DNA of 64,000 nucleotides from Cenococcum geophilum. Taxonomy: Eukaryota. Under the pieces are notes generated by a model. It did not search any database and had not been told where the DNA came from. It saw only the letters and a program-made list of their open reading frames with translations. The stretch covers positions 26,784,001-26,848,000 of the forward strand of contig CP158635.1 in assembly GCA_050273025.1 (NCBI GenBank), read 5' to 3'. How positions within the stretch are numbered: the first letter of the stretch is position 1; every line of letters begins with the position of its first letter. A program made the translations under genes and the position numbers. Positions 12,568 to 24,554 of this stretch are shown piece after piece.

Positions 12568-13519
12568 TCAAAATCGAAATTTTGGTAAGATGAACACTAT
12601 TGAAAATGCAAGGAACCATAGCGCCGCTATTAATGCATAGAGTTTTATCCGATTCCACCAACCTTTGCCTTCTGTCATGCGTTTTAGTGTGCCAATACGC
12701 TGTCCTGCTGCCGCCATGCCCGTCGTGTTTTTGTCCAATCCCTCAACAGCTCGGTTCAATATCGTCTTCTCCGACTCTAATGTGCTACCAAAATGGATTG
12801 ACTGCAACTTAAGAGCTTGTGCCATGGAGAGCAAGGAATTTGTCAGCGCCTCTTGCTCGGTGCGATTATGGGAGAGAAGGCTTTCGGTTTGAGCGAGGTT
12901 AGGATCGCCAAATTGGGTATTCGCAGGGAAAAGGGACGCGCTCGTAGTTGTACTGGTATCCACTGGGGCAGTTGCGGGCTGGGAACGCCGTGAACGGAGT
13001 GTGGATGTGGGGCTCGCCGCCGCTTCCTGAAGTGCCTGATCTCCTCCAGTGTTCACCTGGTTGATGGTGTCTGAAGTATTCCGTACCGCTGGCGCGTAGG
13101 AAGGAAAGAGGTCTTCGTTCTCATCTTCTGATACCGAACCATCATCGGACTCATCGTCCAGCTGATTCAGTTCATAAAGACGCTGGTTTAGTTGCTTTAT
13201 GAGGTTGCGTTTCGACTGCAGGTCTGCTTGAACTGTCTGCTTTCGCGATTGAACTTTAATGCTCGCGCTGTCATATTCAAGGCGCAAGAGAAGTGATCGC
13301 GCATATTCGAGATTCTTGGAAGCTGTTAGACGAAGGACTGTAGAGAGAGGGCTTGTCCAAAAGATTACCTACAGCACCGACTTTGGTCCTTTCATAGCTG
13401 GATTTCCGAAGGTTAGGATCTGCTTCTGGGGAAAGTAAAGTATGTTCCAACCGTGAGAGTAATCGGGTCAGACTTATTGCAGTGGTGTCTAGCTGGTGGG
13501 TAGCGGTTCTGGTCGTCAT
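12568..13519 (-). CDS. Use1-like tail-anchored ER SNARE, 2 exons
   Basis: The two track ORFs splice as RTKVGA|NLEYARSLLLRLE. C-terminal SNARE-like coil (HNRTEQEALTNSLLSMAQALK...) is followed by a TM helix ending FILPKFRF. Confidence 0.75.
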
Positions 13520-13636
13520 AATTGAGAAGTCTATGTTGAATACTTTAAACGTGTCCTGCTCGGTGATGTCAATCGCGAATAGTCTTTCGTTTGGCTTTCC
13601 GGGTATTTTGCTGAGTCATCCAGAGCACCTTCCTTA

Positions 13637-14060
13637 ACGTGTTTTATCACTCATCCGGTAATATCAGTCATCCGGTAGCCCCAAAAACCACCAAAAAGTG
13701 GAAAAACTGCACCTTGATATCTCGACAACGGCTTAATAATAAATTCCAAAAAATTATAATTGGCCTTTTATACGTATATTAAGACTTTTAGTAAAGTTCT
13801 AGTGTAATAAGCCTGGCCATTATTAAAATATTGGGTTTTAGCCCCCAATTTTAAGCTAAATTGCGATATTTTTAGAGCTACTTAATAGATTATTTTTTAA
13901 ATCTAATAAGAGGTTTAAAATAGGTATAAAAGGCTAATTATAAAATTTCGGAATTTATTATTAAGCCGTTGTCAAGATATCAAGGTGCAGTTTTTCCACT
14001 TTTTGGTGGTTTTTAGGGCTACCGGATGACTGATATTACTGGATGAGTGATAAAACACGT
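13637..14060. mobile_element. 424-bp Fot1/pogo-type MITE (fold-back)
   Basis: TIR arms over 110 bp starting ACGTGTTTTATCACTCATCC, with TA at 13635-13636 and 14061-14062. Confidence 0.92.
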
Positions 14061-14062
14061 TA

Positions 14063-14233
14063 ACGTGTTCTACCACTCATCCGGCCACCCCACCAAGACG
14101 TGTCTTCGTACCAAAACAATAATGTCATCAATTTAGAACTCTAAATTAGACTGCTTATTGGCATGTAATGGAATAACTGTACGAAGACGCGTCTTGATGT
14201 TGATGGGGTGGCCGGATGAGTGGTGGAACACGT
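14063..14233. mobile_element. 171-bp Fot1/pogo-type MITE abutting the previous one
   Basis: TIR ACGTGTTCTACCACTCATCCGGCCACCCCA, with TA at 14061-14062 and 14234-14235. Confidence 0.9.
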
Positions 14234-14639
14234 TACACACTCCTACCCCTTCTTATCAAGGCGTCTTCTGTAGGAGAAACCTTAGGATGCTAGTTTGTTG
14301 GTGTTTTGTTGATCAACAAAGGGCCAATGATTACAGTAAAGGCCTGACTTAGTCACTGAGGCTAATCAAAAATATTTATGTCTTCCTTCTTTTCAGAGCA
14401 TTGCAACATTCTTTAGTATATTTTCTTGGATGAAAACAAATATACAAACTGCTTACATTACATTCATCAATGCATTAGAAACTCGGGAGGATAATACAAT
14501 GGAAAAGACCGGAAATTCACTGTCAAAGAACAACGCCATGGAACACCACATCAACCAGAACTTTATGTCCGTTCAGTCACTATTTCAAAACAATTCCTTC
14601 GAAGGGAAGCCAAATTTAACCTCCCCACCCAAGTTTTAT

Positions 14640-15156
14640 CTACTGCTTCAGAGTAGTTATGTCGCGTGGTTCCTTCGGCTTTGGATCCTGGAGGCTTGTC
14701 GGACCTCTGGTAAAGCTATTGAACAATTAGAAACTGCACACTATATAGAAAGACTAGTATATTGTGTACCTATTCCACCAGGAGCCGATAATACCGGGAG
14801 AACCAATCTTCGCATCTTGAAGACTAGCTCGACGAGTTGTGTGCTCCTCTGTCTGTGGTCTTTTAAGGGCTTCGAGGGTCGCAAACCTCATTGTACCAGA
14901 GGACTGCATGGAAATAGAATTAGTCCTATTTGTATAGAGAGAATATGCGTAGCGTTGATGCTATGGCTGAAGGCCAAGTGAAAGATATCTAGATGAAAGA
15001 AAGCTAACGTACCCTTCTACGCTCCGTTGGGGATAATGGAGGTGAAGATCCAATGGAATCTTTTCTTTCGGGAGCTGGCGGATCTGGCGTGCTCGAGATA
15101 GGGCTGAAGTTCTTATGGTTTTGCGAAGAGTACTTCTGGTGGAATGGAGAAGGCAT
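14640..15156 (-). CDS. Small 117-aa fungal protein, 3 exons, not in the ORF track
   Basis: Exons 15156-15013, 14903-14770 and 14715-14640. Donors GTACGT/GTACAC, branch points CTAAT, acceptors CAG/TAG. They splice in frame to MPSPFHQKYS...PTERRRSSGTMRFATLEALKRP...RRASLQDAKIGSPGIIGSWWNSFTRGP...LKQ*. Confidence 0.8.
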
Positions 15157-18100
15157 TTCGATAATGTTTGAATACAATGGCAGTTTGGCCTTGAGGTGGT
15201 GTTATGGAGATATCTGAGCACAAGACTCTGGGGAGTGATAAGGGATTGAGATGAGGAGTCCCTTCTAACATCACATCAAGCAATCACCAACGTGACACAT
15301 TACCTGCCAATCGCACCAATGAACTCACATCTCAGCTTCCCCGCACCTTTATGGCATGTCCTAGACCCCGCTGTAAGTAATGAATTCACAAACAGGGTTA
15401 GATATTTAAGCTACGGTATAATCACTCCTCCTACACCAATAGGCATTGCTATTGATATAGTATACTAGTATTTGGTACCGTACCGCCTTGTTTCTTTGGT
15501 GGAAGCGTCTCTTTGGCTAACTAAACAAAGTAGTCAGCGCGATCCTGACTTCCACCAAATCACATTGCCATCATCCCATTTTATATGTGAGTCAATTACC
15601 ATCCTAAAAAGCATGTAATTGCGTGTTCTAGCCTGCCATAGAAAAGGACTTTGTCAACAAGAGGTAATGTGAGCATGTGGCCATGCTTAGAATCTTGGGG
15701 TTTTTGGTTGGCCTAAGAGTTTTTCAGGTTGAAATAAGTACGTGGTATATCTTTGCCACGTATTTCAGGCCACGCCAGGGCTAATTAATACAAATTCGGA
15801 GTGATGTTGCAGATTCTCTCATGGGCTAAGTAAGAGATAGAACGTGACATCATTGCCAAGATAAGGATTTCGCTTAGCGTCATTGCTTGGCCATGACCCA
15901 TCACGTGTTTTCCCCACTGAACCGAAAATTTCTCTTCCACGTTTCCCCTACCACAACAGGATCTCACACCCATCTGTTTTCGCTATTCCGTCACCAAGCC
16001 TGCTTCAACGCTGATCAGGAGGCCTCTATCGGTCAATTGAGACAGTCGCAGCTTTTCCGGGCCCAATGGCTGGCATTTCTGCTAGAGCAGGACGGGGCGA
16101 ATCCCTTCCTGGTTTCTTAAGGCTCTGTGTTGGGCATCAATACCTGCCAGGGTCAAGTTTAGGGCAGCAAAGGGCTCCTCGTCGCCTTTTCCCTCGAAGA
16201 TGGCATTTCCAACCATCAAAAAGTGTCTTCCCATCGATCCAGATATTGTTCCTGGAATATCACCCTTACGGATCTCGGAATCAATCGAATTGCTATTATC
16301 GGCATGACTGCCAATCTCTACTGGAGAATCAACGTCGGTACTAGTTAGCAGTGCAGCTAAATGCATTTGCGTGTTGGCATGCGCGATTTCCGTATGAAAA
16401 GGACACCCTCAACACGTTTGACAGCTTAACCATGTCCTTTTCGTGTGTTGTTCATCTGCGCGCCGCTTCTCGAAAATTCGCATCGATGACGGCACCCCTC
16501 TTTCCTGAAAATCTGGTTTAGGGCTCAACGAACCTCGGGATTATGCGAGATCGCCAGGAGTATTGTCTCACGGCAATCTGAATGTCAATCTGAATATAAA
16601 ATGATTCTTGGTATGTTAAACTCAATTTCATTACTAAGCTTCGCTTCTATCTTGATGATACACCTAAGCATAGTTCATCCGCAGATCCATTGGATCGCTG
16701 GGGACAAAAAACACCATCATCTTTCGCTCCTATCTGACATCTTAGCCTTACAAGCGACTTGTCTGCCACCCCTAGGAAAACAAGTTGCTAATCTAGACTT
16801 GTATCTGCAGGCGGAAGTGAACGGCTGCTAGCTGCTCACTTGTATTCCGGTCACGATGAGTGACACAAATCCACTCGTGGCTCCCGTGCCCTACCCTGGA
16901 TAAGAGCTAAAGGCTATTCTTGGGCAACAGCACCGGTAAGTACCTTGCCAGCGTCGTAGGGACAGCTCTAGAATGCATCTTTCCTTCAAACGTCGCAGCC
17001 GCCGATGTCATTTAGCGCAACGTACTTGGATTGTGATTGTTGAAATGCTTTTTGTGAGACTCCAGCACGCTTTCGACGGCGGCTGCAGTTCAGGCGGCTG
17101 TGTCAAAATGCAGCTTCCCTCGAGCTCAGCAAATGGCACAAGAGGTGGCCTAAATCTCGTAGCGGCAGGCTGGGGTAAGGGACCCAAGCAGTACCAACGC
17201 TTGACAGATGAACGGAATGGCCGGTGGGCCAGCAGACTTGAGTCAATCAATCCCTCACATGCTTTGAATTTGAGCCATATTTGTTGAATATACATGGTAT
17301 CGTACTGCGCCAAATGCTCAATAATCTAGATAATGAGCGGGCTGTCTCTCGAAGACAACGGGCCGATCGCAAACCCGCACAAAAATTAGCGCAGTAGGGT
17401 CTTCAGAGCGGCTGGAGGGTACGCGCGTGGCGGCTTGCTCGACCCGCAGCTCCTTCAATCCTTCAATCATCTAGCCCGTAGTGGCCACCACTTCTGGAAA
17501 GATGCAGTGCAACGCACAGGCTGCGCTCACCAAGCTGCCAGAACTGGCTGTGGTCGCCCAGCGGGTGAGCTGCATGGCACCGAGGGACTTATATCCAACC
17601 AGGGAGCTTTGGCGCGCTTCCTCCTGTTGCTGCGCCCGTGCCGTCCCGCCTTCACCCTCTCACGCTTCGAGTTTAAAGAGCATGGCTTTCCCCGACCAGC
17701 CAATCTGCCTTGGACGAAGAAAGCTGGGAAAAATGGCCCCACCTTGCCTTGGACAACTCATCACTGCCTTCACCGGCCCCTCGACTTACTTTTCAGTTGC
17801 CTTCCCCGCTCCCCTCCCCCTCTCTTTTTCTCCCACCACTGCCCTCGACACTTTACAATTCAAAAATTAAAAGATTGTTCACTACAGTCCTACAATCACA
17901 ACAACTACACAAGCAATTTCCCGCAGATTTGAGATTGAGAATTAAGCAAAGAGCGCCCCTGCTCAGGATGAAATATCAGAGCCGCGACAAAGGAGCCCAT
18001 ACCAGGTACTTGCCCGACGGTCCATTTTCCACCTTTCCATCTCTTTTATTTTATTTCTTGAAAACCATGTAGTTTGCCTGACATGTACCAATGCTTTCTT

Positions 18101-19314
18101 TCTCGTCTATGTTTTTTTGCTTTGCCGCCATACAGTTCAAAAGCCACAATCCATGGACAGCCAGGCGTTTCCCACCGCGGATTGCTCCAATGCCAGCAAC
18201 CCAGGAATTTGCCGAGGAGGCATACCGTTTTCCCTTTCTTTTCACTCCCTGCATGGTTTTTTATCGAATCAGGAAGCTAGATTCAGGATGGCTGTCACAG
18301 ATGCTTCAAATCCCGTTTGCCTGCCTGTGCGGCCTGCAACACTGACGACCGCTTCTATGAGGACGATGTATGAATTCCGCCTGGAATGGTTCCACGCCGA
18401 TGACTGTGCAATTAGGCCTTCAGCAACCACTGATAATTCTAGGACCAGACCATGTGCCACGCGCAGTGTCAGAACAATGTCCGCCACACTAGGATGTAAA
18501 CTGGGTAGGACAATATGTATTTTTCGAACCAGTCTTTAGCCACAGACATATGCTGGCTTCACAATGATACCCTGCGGACTTGTTACCTTCCCATTGAGTT
18601 ACTCCGGTTAGGCCAATAGACCAAGCCTTTCATCATTCCCATAGGATCACGAGCCAGGTTTACATCTCCATGATGTGGAATTCTCAGTCCAGGATTGCTC
18701 GCCGCACTCGCCGTCGAATGCTGGTTGTAGATAGGATTTTGGTTGGACGGTCTACTCTCCAAAGTACGTACACTAAGGCTTATGTATGCCTACTCTGTCC
18801 AACCAGACTTTGCTGGTGTATAGACTGACTTGTAGCCTGCTTATTGAAGCTATCAACAATACCGTAAGCTTTGCGTCACGAAGAGTAGTGGTAGATGGGA
18901 CCGTAATTTCAGAAGCGGATCCGTGATTGTATTTTTTGCCCGGAATGAATCGGAGAAAGTCCCCGTTCCGTTACTGGATTAGGCCAAGGACCAACGCCTC
19001 ATACAAATGAAGAACAGGACAACTTGAGCATCCCCTGTCTCGTTAGTAGAAGGCGGTTTGCCAAGCGAGAAAGGTCCGTGTATGGCAACACTACTTACTT
19101 TTTCGACCTCTGCTCCTGGTTCGTCTGAATTTGCTCTCATTGGGTTTCTGCCCCGCTAACTGTGTCATGCAGACCCTTACCCTGGCATGGCTTACTGGCT
19201 GTACTAACGATGGCGCTTTGCTTTCCGTATTCGAAGTCGTGCATTTAGTCTTGTTTCTTTTTTTGTCTTATTAAATGTCCTGATTACGTTCTGGCACTAA
19301 CCACCAACCTTCAG

Positions 19315-21323
19315 CGAGCTTCCTTCCGACGAATCTCCAGTTGGAAATATTTCTTTCTTCAATCCATTGGCCGTACCATTGTGGAATCAGTCCGTTGAAG
19401 GAGCGCCCATCTCCGGGAAGGATCTCTTTTTTGTTTCCCAACAGGAGTTTCCAGACATGACGGGGCATCTCCCGGAATCGTTTCTTCCCAGGGATGATAT
19501 TGTCTCCATCTCGTCTAGTACGGGCGACAGTGGCTATAATAGCCAGTCAGACGCTACCCGGCGACTTACAAGTGCTACTGAAGGTTACCAAACCAGGAGT
19601 TCTGAAGAATCTAGAAGCCGGATGGTTGAACCATTCCTAGGAAATAGCATGTATTCGCCTTCCTTGAGCCCAGATAGTCAAAATGCTTTCCATGGTTCAC
19701 AATCCGACGTGAACCAGATGCTGCTTCCGCCTGCCACAGGAGATTCGGACATTGGGGACAATCCTTTCGGAATGTCTGACTTCGCTAACTACTCTACTGG
19801 CCAGGGCTACAGCCAATTTGACAATTCCGCTCTTCCCCGCTTCTTCACTCCTACAAGTGAGGTTGAGGTTGCTCAAAGCTGGACTTCTGACGCCCAGACT
19901 TTTTCTGCACCCTTCGCTGTTCGTGCAGTGGATGCGAACACTTCTTTTTCTGCGCCCTTCGCTGATCGTGCAGTGGATGCGAACACCTTCCTCCCATTCC
20001 GACAGACACCTCAAATGAGTCGCGACACCATACCTCAGTCCTACTACCCACCTTATGTCTATCAGAGTCAAGATGCTCCCAGAAGCAATTTTGGAGTTCC
20101 AGCCAACTCAAATCAACGGCGGCCTCGCGCCCGCAGGCCCCAACTTGACACCACTTCGTTGAGTTTGGATACTGCGAGCGAGTCGACGCCTCTCTCTGCC
20201 GGTCAACATGATTCTCGGAGAACGTCTAATACCGAACAGGTATTTAGAAGCTTTATGTCTGCTTCAATGATGTCGCCAACATGCAGTGTCATAAGCAATC
20301 CTCAACATGCGAGCATTGCTGGAAGCGATTTTACTGAGCAATCGACCCATTTTGTAGACATCTCAAAGTTAGTGTACCGCAATACGTCTAAACTATAACG
20401 CTAACATTTAAACCAGAGTTGAAAAAGAAGAGTCTATAGCTGGATCAATAGTCGCACCTTCTATCAAGGACGATGATTTGGAAGAGGAAGGATTTTCACC
20501 GAGCCAGAGCTCAGCAGCCCAAAACTCCTTAGAGGAGATCGAGGGAAAGTTAGCACGCACGCATCCTCTCTATCAGGCGCAGCAAAAAGAAGATAATCTT
20601 TTTCACTGCCCCAACGAGGGCCAATCTGGATGCACTCACAAGCCTACAAAGCTCAAGTGCAACTATGAGTAAGCTCTCATGTTTTAATTTCTTTTTAGGT
20701 GCAGGGTAACTAATTTATTAATTAGCAAATACGTCGACTCCCACCTAAGACCCTTTAGGTGCAAGGTCAAGTCTTGTGTAGGAGTTCAATTCTCCTCCAC
20801 TGCATGCCTCCTTCGACATGAAAGAGAAGCACATGGAATGCATGGACATGGCTCCAAGCCTCATCTATGCACTTATGCAGATTGTGAGCGGTCACTGCCT
20901 GGTAATGGGTTTCCCAGACGCTACAACCTCTTTGACCACATGAAGCGCGTACACGATTATACTGGCTCTACTTCCCCACCTGAGCAGGTTCCACCACCAG
21001 TCCAACCAGCACAACCCGGACCCAAGCGCCATAACAGCACTCACAAGCGCAAGCCAGCCCCTCCAGTTGAGGACATGACCAAGAAGCGCCAAAAGGCGAC
21101 TACTACCAAGGCTCCATCAGCTGCCACTGCAGCTGCTTCTACCCAGCATCGATTAGCTCAGGAGAAACAGAAGTTGCAGAGTGAATGGGCCGAGCGGAGA
21201 GTGAGGCTGCAACAACGCCTTGAAAATATACAAGGTCCTCAAGATATAAACAGTCATCTCCAGGCCAATGAGGATCTTGCTGCTCTTAGCAAAATTGCCG
21301 CAAGGCTCAATGAACTCGGATGA
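19315..21323 (+). CDS. C2H2 zinc-finger transcription factor; 5-prime exon(s) not resolved
   Basis: Introns 20368-20416 and 20669-20725 join FHCPNEGQSGCTHKPTKLKCNYDKYVDSH, FRCKVKSC...LLRHEREAH and HLCTYADC...LFDHMKRVH. A branch point and acceptor (CTAAC...TTCAG) end at 19314. Confidence 0.85.
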
Positions 21324-22297
21324 ATGCAATACCGAGTACTTTTCAGTAGGTTCTATAATCTGGAAAGATCCCTATTCGTACTGAACATTGCAGGGTTTGT
21401 ACCCATGCCATGGATCAGCCAGGAATGTTTCTGCTATGGTTTCGCATGATTGCCATCATGCCCTTTTCTCTTGTTCTTCAAGCCCGGATTCAAGGCCACT
21501 GATTACCATCGGGAGGACCTACCATCTATCCCGGAACACATCCCGCCCGGATTTGCCATGGACATATCCTGTCATTGCCAGAGACCAGAAGGACTGGAAT
21601 GACCAAGGATTGTTTTTGCGGAGATGAAGCTTGAGGACTTCAATATATGGAAATCGCCACAGCACAGATTTGCCATCGTGATGAGGATCGAGATGCCCAT
21701 TATACCAACAAATTGTCTGGTTTTTATTATTTGTCGTATATCGCTCTTGTGTAGTAGCCGTTTTATGCTCTGTAGTTTAGACATAGAAATAGCGTTCTCG
21801 CCTTTGTATTTCAGCATTATCTGAAAGGTAGTCAATTACGTAGATTTTAGTAATCAAAAATTTTATACTTGAAAAAGTTGCCTAGATGTGTCTGTGAGCC
21901 CAGGGTGACAAATCGAGCGCCGTAGTGATGCGAGACCGGTTTAGATTACTATTTTCCTGCAGCTAGCGTACGTCATTAACAAACGCCCACTCTGCCTTAC
22001 TTGCAGACCATTCAGCACTGACGAAAAAGTATCCGGGCTCACCGAAAATGTACTGCATTTTTGCAGTTTGTATCACCATCCTAGAGTATAATATTTAGAG
22101 TGTGACATAAATTGTAAAGATATTAGAGTTCTATAAGTGAGCTTTCTTTGAATAAAAGTTACAAAAGTTGTGGTGGTAGAGAATAAATATAGTGGGAGTT
22201 CATATCTTTCGGTACATCGCTTGGGCCGGTGACGTTTGCGGAGGGACCTTAACCTTGGAACTCTAGACTTCGCGACATTATCTGCTTCACGCTTCGC

Positions 22298-23004
22298 ATG
22301 CAGCCTGCTAGGTTCTTATATCAGACTGCTATCCGTATCCACGCCCGACCTCTTATTCTAACAAGCTTCTGCCACTATAAATCTTACTTAGGTACCTTAG
22401 CAATATACCAAACTAGAACCATGGCCTCCGCAACCTCTTTCTTCGACTTCAAGCCCAAAGACAGTAAGTTCTTTCCAGCTACCTGTTACTCTTCACCGTT
22501 ATCAGGCCTCTAACACACCTTACCTGCACAGAAAAGGGCAATGAATACCCTCTTGCACCGCTCAAGAACAAAGTGATCCTCATCGTTAACACCGCGTCCA
22601 AGTGTGGCTTCACGCCACAGTTCACCAGTCTCGAGAAACTATACAAAGACCTCCAGACGACCCACCCAGATTTCATTATCCTCGGCTTCCCCTGCAATCA
22701 GTTCGGTGGTCAGGATCCGGGCTCTAACGAGGAGATCCAGGAGTTCTGCCAGATCAATTATGGCGTGAGCTTCCCCATGCTCGGCAAGATCGACGTGAAT
22801 GGTGAGAAGGCAGAGCCATTATGGGAGTGGCTGAAGAGTGAGAGGCCTGGATTGATGGGCTTGAAGAGAGTGAAGTGGAATTTCGAGAAGTTTTTGATTG
22901 GGAGAGACGGCAAGGTTAAGGGCAGGTGGGCAAGCACCACAAAGCCAGAGAACTTAAGGGAGGCGATTGAGAAGGAGTTGGTTGTAAAGCCAACCGAGGC
23001 ATAA
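22298..23004 (+). CDS. HYR1: Glutathione/thioredoxin peroxidase (Gpx/Hyr1 type), 2 exons; second in-frame ATG at 22421
   Basis: VNTASKCGFTPQ, LGFPCNQFGGQDPG and KWNFEKFL motifs; intron GTAAGT...CTAAC...CAG. Confidence 0.92.
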
Positions 23005-23172
23005 AGGGAGGTGGGATAGAAGGAATTGGGCGGCGTTAGGGCTTAGGGTCTCTCTTCGCCTCTGCGCCGATTGCTAAGACATTTTTGAGGATATCCACTT
23101 CGCTCATAGTATTAGTTAGCTTCAATTTGTATTACGACTACATCTATTTTATTTGGTCAAGAATCTGATTCA

Positions 23173-24444
23173 TCAATCAAACGGTACTCTTCTTAGCCCT
23201 TCCATGCCCATGCGCTTCCTCATCTCTTGTGCAGCGCCAATACTACTCGGAACCTTTATTCCGCAACAGTCACCCCACGAATTCGGCGTATGCACATGCT
23301 TCATGCCATCCTTCATGATCACAACTTCCCCTTCTGCCTCTTCCTCTTCCGACCGGACCCCGCTCTCCTCCTCCGTGCTCATGCCATCTACAGCTGGCAC
23401 GAGCGAACCGAACAGGAAATGCTGCATTACCGGCAACTTGCCGAGCACCTCAGCCACAAACATCTTCCGCATGCCGCCCTCGACTTTCTCCCAGCTCTTC
23501 GCCGCGCTGATGTCATCGAGCATAGGACTGTGCCACCGCAGCCCCTCCACGTTCTTCACGTTGTTCACGAAAGCGACTTGATCCAAGTATATGAAATCCT
23601 TGCCGTACTCCTCCAGTATCAAGTTCTGATGTATCGACTTTGGACGAATGAAGGGGTGGTGTAGCAGCTGCGAGGCTCCGAAGAGAAATGGCAAGAATTG
23701 GTAATCGTCAAGGCCCCACACGCCGTGCGAACCCGCAGGTTCAAGGTAATATGTCGCCTGCACGGCTCGTATGAGCCTCAGGTAGCGCGGGAACACATGC
23801 AGCACGACTGCGGGGAAGGTGGAAGGCGGAAGGCGCCCCAGCCGGTTCAGGCATAGCAGCCACAGGAAGAAGTTGAGCTCATGTCCAGAGCCGTAGTCGA
23901 TGCGCGTGCGATTCCCAAACGCGTTGTGTAGGTATACCGATATTTCGCCGACCGCGTGAGAGTCTGTGATGCCGAGTTCTTTATGCCAGGCGACCTGTGC
24001 GTCTCCCACGCTGTCAACGAAGGTCTGGAAGGCTTTGTTGCCGAAGCGCGACCCGCCTGTGTCTTCGGGTGGGCATTTCTGGAGAATGCCTTCGGCGAGG
24101 TCGAGGACGTGTAGGATGGCTATTATGGCAGGGTCGAGGTCAGAAGCTTTGATGGCGGAGACTGGCGTGTCGCGCACGCAATCGGAGAGGGTGAATACGA
24201 AGGAGAGGAGGAGCGAGTAAGTAGGCGAAGCTAGGAACAATTCGTGATCGCGTGGAGAGAGGATGCGCCGGCTTGGGCGGATGAACTGCCAGTTCTCTAG
24301 GGAGGGCGGTGCGGGGAGTGGAGGGGCTGTCGGCGGCGGCGCTGATTGCTCCTGCTGAGGCTTTGGTTTCGAACGAGGTGTCAGACGTGGAAGCTTTGCG
24401 GATAGGTCTGGGGGTAGGGATGTAGGTTGACTTGGCAGTGTCAT
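23173..24444 (-). CDS. RRD2: PP2A activator (PTPA), Rrd2 type, 423 aa
   Basis: SRFGNKAF, FGNRTRIDYGSGHELNF and LEPAGSHGVWGLDDY. The C-terminal WGDCCGIKVPS...PFD is characteristic of the Rrd2 paralogue. Confidence 0.92.
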   Translation of the reverse strand: MTLPSQPTSLPPDLSAKLPRLTPRSKPKPQQEQSAPPPTAPPLPAPPSLENWQFIRPSRRILSPRDHELFLASPTYSLLLSFVFTLSDCVRDTPVSAIKASDLDPAIIAILHVLDLAEGILQKCPPEDTGGSRFGNKAFQTFVDSVGDAQVAWHKELGITDSHAVGEISVYLHNAFGNRTRIDYGSGHELNFFLWLLCLNRLGRLPPSTFPAVVLHVFPRYLRLIRAVQATYYLEPAGSHGVWGLDDYQFLPFLFGASQLLHHPFIRPKSIHQNLILEEYGKDFIYLDQVAFVNNVKNVEGLRWHSPMLDDISAAKSWEKVEGGMRKMFVAEVLGKLPVMQHFLFGSLVPAVDGMSTEEESGVRSEEEEAEGEVVIMKDGMKHVHTPNSWGDCCGIKVPSSIGAAQEMRKRMGMEGLRRVPFD

Positions 24445-24554
24445 GGTTGAGGATATTTGGTTGTTGTTTGATGATAGTTATGTTCGTATGCAAGAGCTCT
24501 AGATTTCTTGCATCAGTTAACTCCGAAACGGTACAGTCGGCCCGTCCTCCGAAG

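Noticed and set aside
14430..14981. 183-aa plus-strand ORF
   Set aside because: No motifs, and it lies antisense to the better-supported spliced gene.
16082..16366. 94-aa minus-strand ORF with protein-like composition
   Set aside because: No recognisable family or splice context; a gene relic cannot be excluded.
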